NCBI RefSeq assembly: GCF_902713615.1
Contig: NC_052163.1
Location: forward strand, 33,490,248 to 33,554,247
Direction: 5' to 3'
Length of the DNA: 64,000 nt
From: Scyliorhinus canicula
Lineage: Eukaryota
Of this stretch, positions 62,380 through 64,000 are shown piece after piece; within the stretch, counting starts at the first letter, position 1; every line of letters begins with the position of its first letter. Position numbers and translations under genes: made by a program. The notes beneath the pieces are model-generated. The model was not told where the DNA came from. It saw only the letters and a program-made list of their open reading frames with translations, and made no database searches.

Positions 62380-63745
62380 CATAAAAAATAGGAGCCTGCG
62401 GAGGCCATTCAGCCCTTTGAGCCTGTTCCGCCATTCATTATGGTAATGATTGATCATCCAACTCAGTAGCCAAATCCTGCCTTTCCCCCATGTCCTTTAA
62501 TACCCTTCGCTCCAAGTGCTATATCAAATTCTCACCTCTGTCCAAAATGGTCTACCCCGCATCCTCAGACTGTGCCCCTGGTACTGGACACACCCACCAT
62601 CAGGAACATCCTTCTTGCATCTACCCTTTGCTCCTGTTAGAATTTTATAGGGTTCTACGAGATCCCTCCCCCCCCCCCCCCTCTTCCCCCCCCCCCCCCC
62701 CTCCCCCCCCGCATTCTTCTGAGCTCCAGCAAGTATAATCCTAACTGACTCAATCTGTCTTCATACATTTGCCCTGCCATAGCCCAAGAATCAGTCTGGT
62801 AAACCTTCGCTGCACTCCCTCTAGAGCAAGAACATCCTTCCTCAGATAGTGAAACCGAAACTGCACCCAATATTCCAGGTGTGCCTCACAAAGACTCTGT
62901 ATAATTGCAGCAAAACATCCCTGCTCCTGTACTTGAATCTTCTTGCCATGAAGGCCAACATACCATTTGCCTTCTTTACTGTCAATGCACCTACATGCAT
63001 ACCTTCAGTGGCTGGTGTACAAGGACACTCGGGTCTCATTGCATATTCCCCTCTCCTAAGTTATGGCCATTCAGATAATAATCTGCCTTGTCGTGTTTGC
63101 TACCAAAGTGGATCACCTCGCATTTATCCAAATCACACTAAAGAATCACTGCATCCTCCTCACAGCTCACCGTCCCACCCAACTTTGTGTCATGTGCAAA
63201 TTTGGAGTTATTTTGTTCCCTCATCTAAATCATTAATATAGCGGAGGTCCGAGCACCAATCCTTGCAGTACCTCAGATATCACTACCTAACAATCGGAAA
63301 AAGACCTGTTAATTCCTACTTTGTTTCCCGTCTGCCAACAGTTTTCTATCCATCTCAGTACACTACCCCTAACGCCATGCACTTCAATTTTACATGCTAA
63401 TCTCTTATATGAAACTTTGTCAAAAGCCTTCTGAAAGTCTAAATAAACAACATCCACTGGTTGCCACTCATCCACTCTACTAGATACGCCCTCGAATAGT
63501 ACCAATAAGATTAGTCATGATTTCCCCTTCAGTGTACTGCTATTAAATGTTTGATAATTCTAGAATTTTCCCCACCACCTTGGTGGTCTAGAATTCTGTT
63601 TTCTCTTTGCCTCCCTTTTTAAATAGTGGTGTTACATTAGCTACCCTCCAATCTGTAGGAACTATTCCAGAGTCTATAGAATCTTGGAAGATAACCACCA
63701 ATGCATCCATTATTTCTAGAGACACTTCCTTTAGTACTCTGGAGA
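62380..63745 (-). mobile_element. CR1 ORF2 fragments
   Basis: VDVVYLDFQKAFDKV, KKANGMLAFMARRFKYRSRDVLLQLYR; CR1 tail at ~62380. Confidence 0.85.
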
Positions 63746-64000
63746 TTATCAGGTTATTCGTTCATGGGATGTGGGCATCGCTGGCTGGCCAGCATTTATT
63801 GTCCATCCCCAATTGCCCTCGACGGGGCAGTTAAGAGTCAACCACATTGTTGTGGGTCTGGAGTCATATATAGACCAGACTAGGTAAGGATGGCAGATTT
63901 CTTTCCCCAAAGGGCATGAGTGAACCAGGTAGATTTTTACGACTACCAGCAATGGTTTCATGGTCATCTTATTCATGGACTTTTAATTCCAGATTTTTGT

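Noticed and set aside
50409-64000. MFSD11 exon 5 (expected VLWTAQG...)
   Set aside because: No matching exon found by eye; presumed to lie beyond the window

Overview
Eukaryotic (vertebrate) genomic DNA, almost certainly from a cartilaginous fish, inferred from the V-SINE/HE1-type SINEs, CR1 LINEs and Penelope-like repeats. The window holds the conserved four-gene cluster JMJD6(-) <-> METTL23(+) -><- SRSF2(-) <-> MFSD11(+), arranged as two head-to-head pairs on CpG-island promoters. JMJD6 is partial (coding exons 1-3; the rest lies left of the window). METTL23 is complete (5 coding exons, 235 aa). SRSF2 is complete (2 coding exons, 206 aa), with recognisable 3'-UTR exons and the conserved NMD-linked retained intron. 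MFSD11 is partial (coding exons 1-4). Introns are packed with transposon debris: CR1, L2, RTE, a full-length decayed L1/Tx1-like LINE with TSD, two SINE families, LTRs, MITEs and Penelope-like elements. The most interesting non-gene signals are: minimal hammerhead-ribozyme motifs in Penelope pLTRs, one with an intact core in sense orientation inside SRSF2 intron 1; the SRSF2 3'-UTR autoregulatory module; and a GGAG/CCAG/GTGAG-dense minisatellite beside the SRSF2/MFSD11 promoter. Gene identities rest on recalled protein similarity and hand-checked splice phases; no database search was run.
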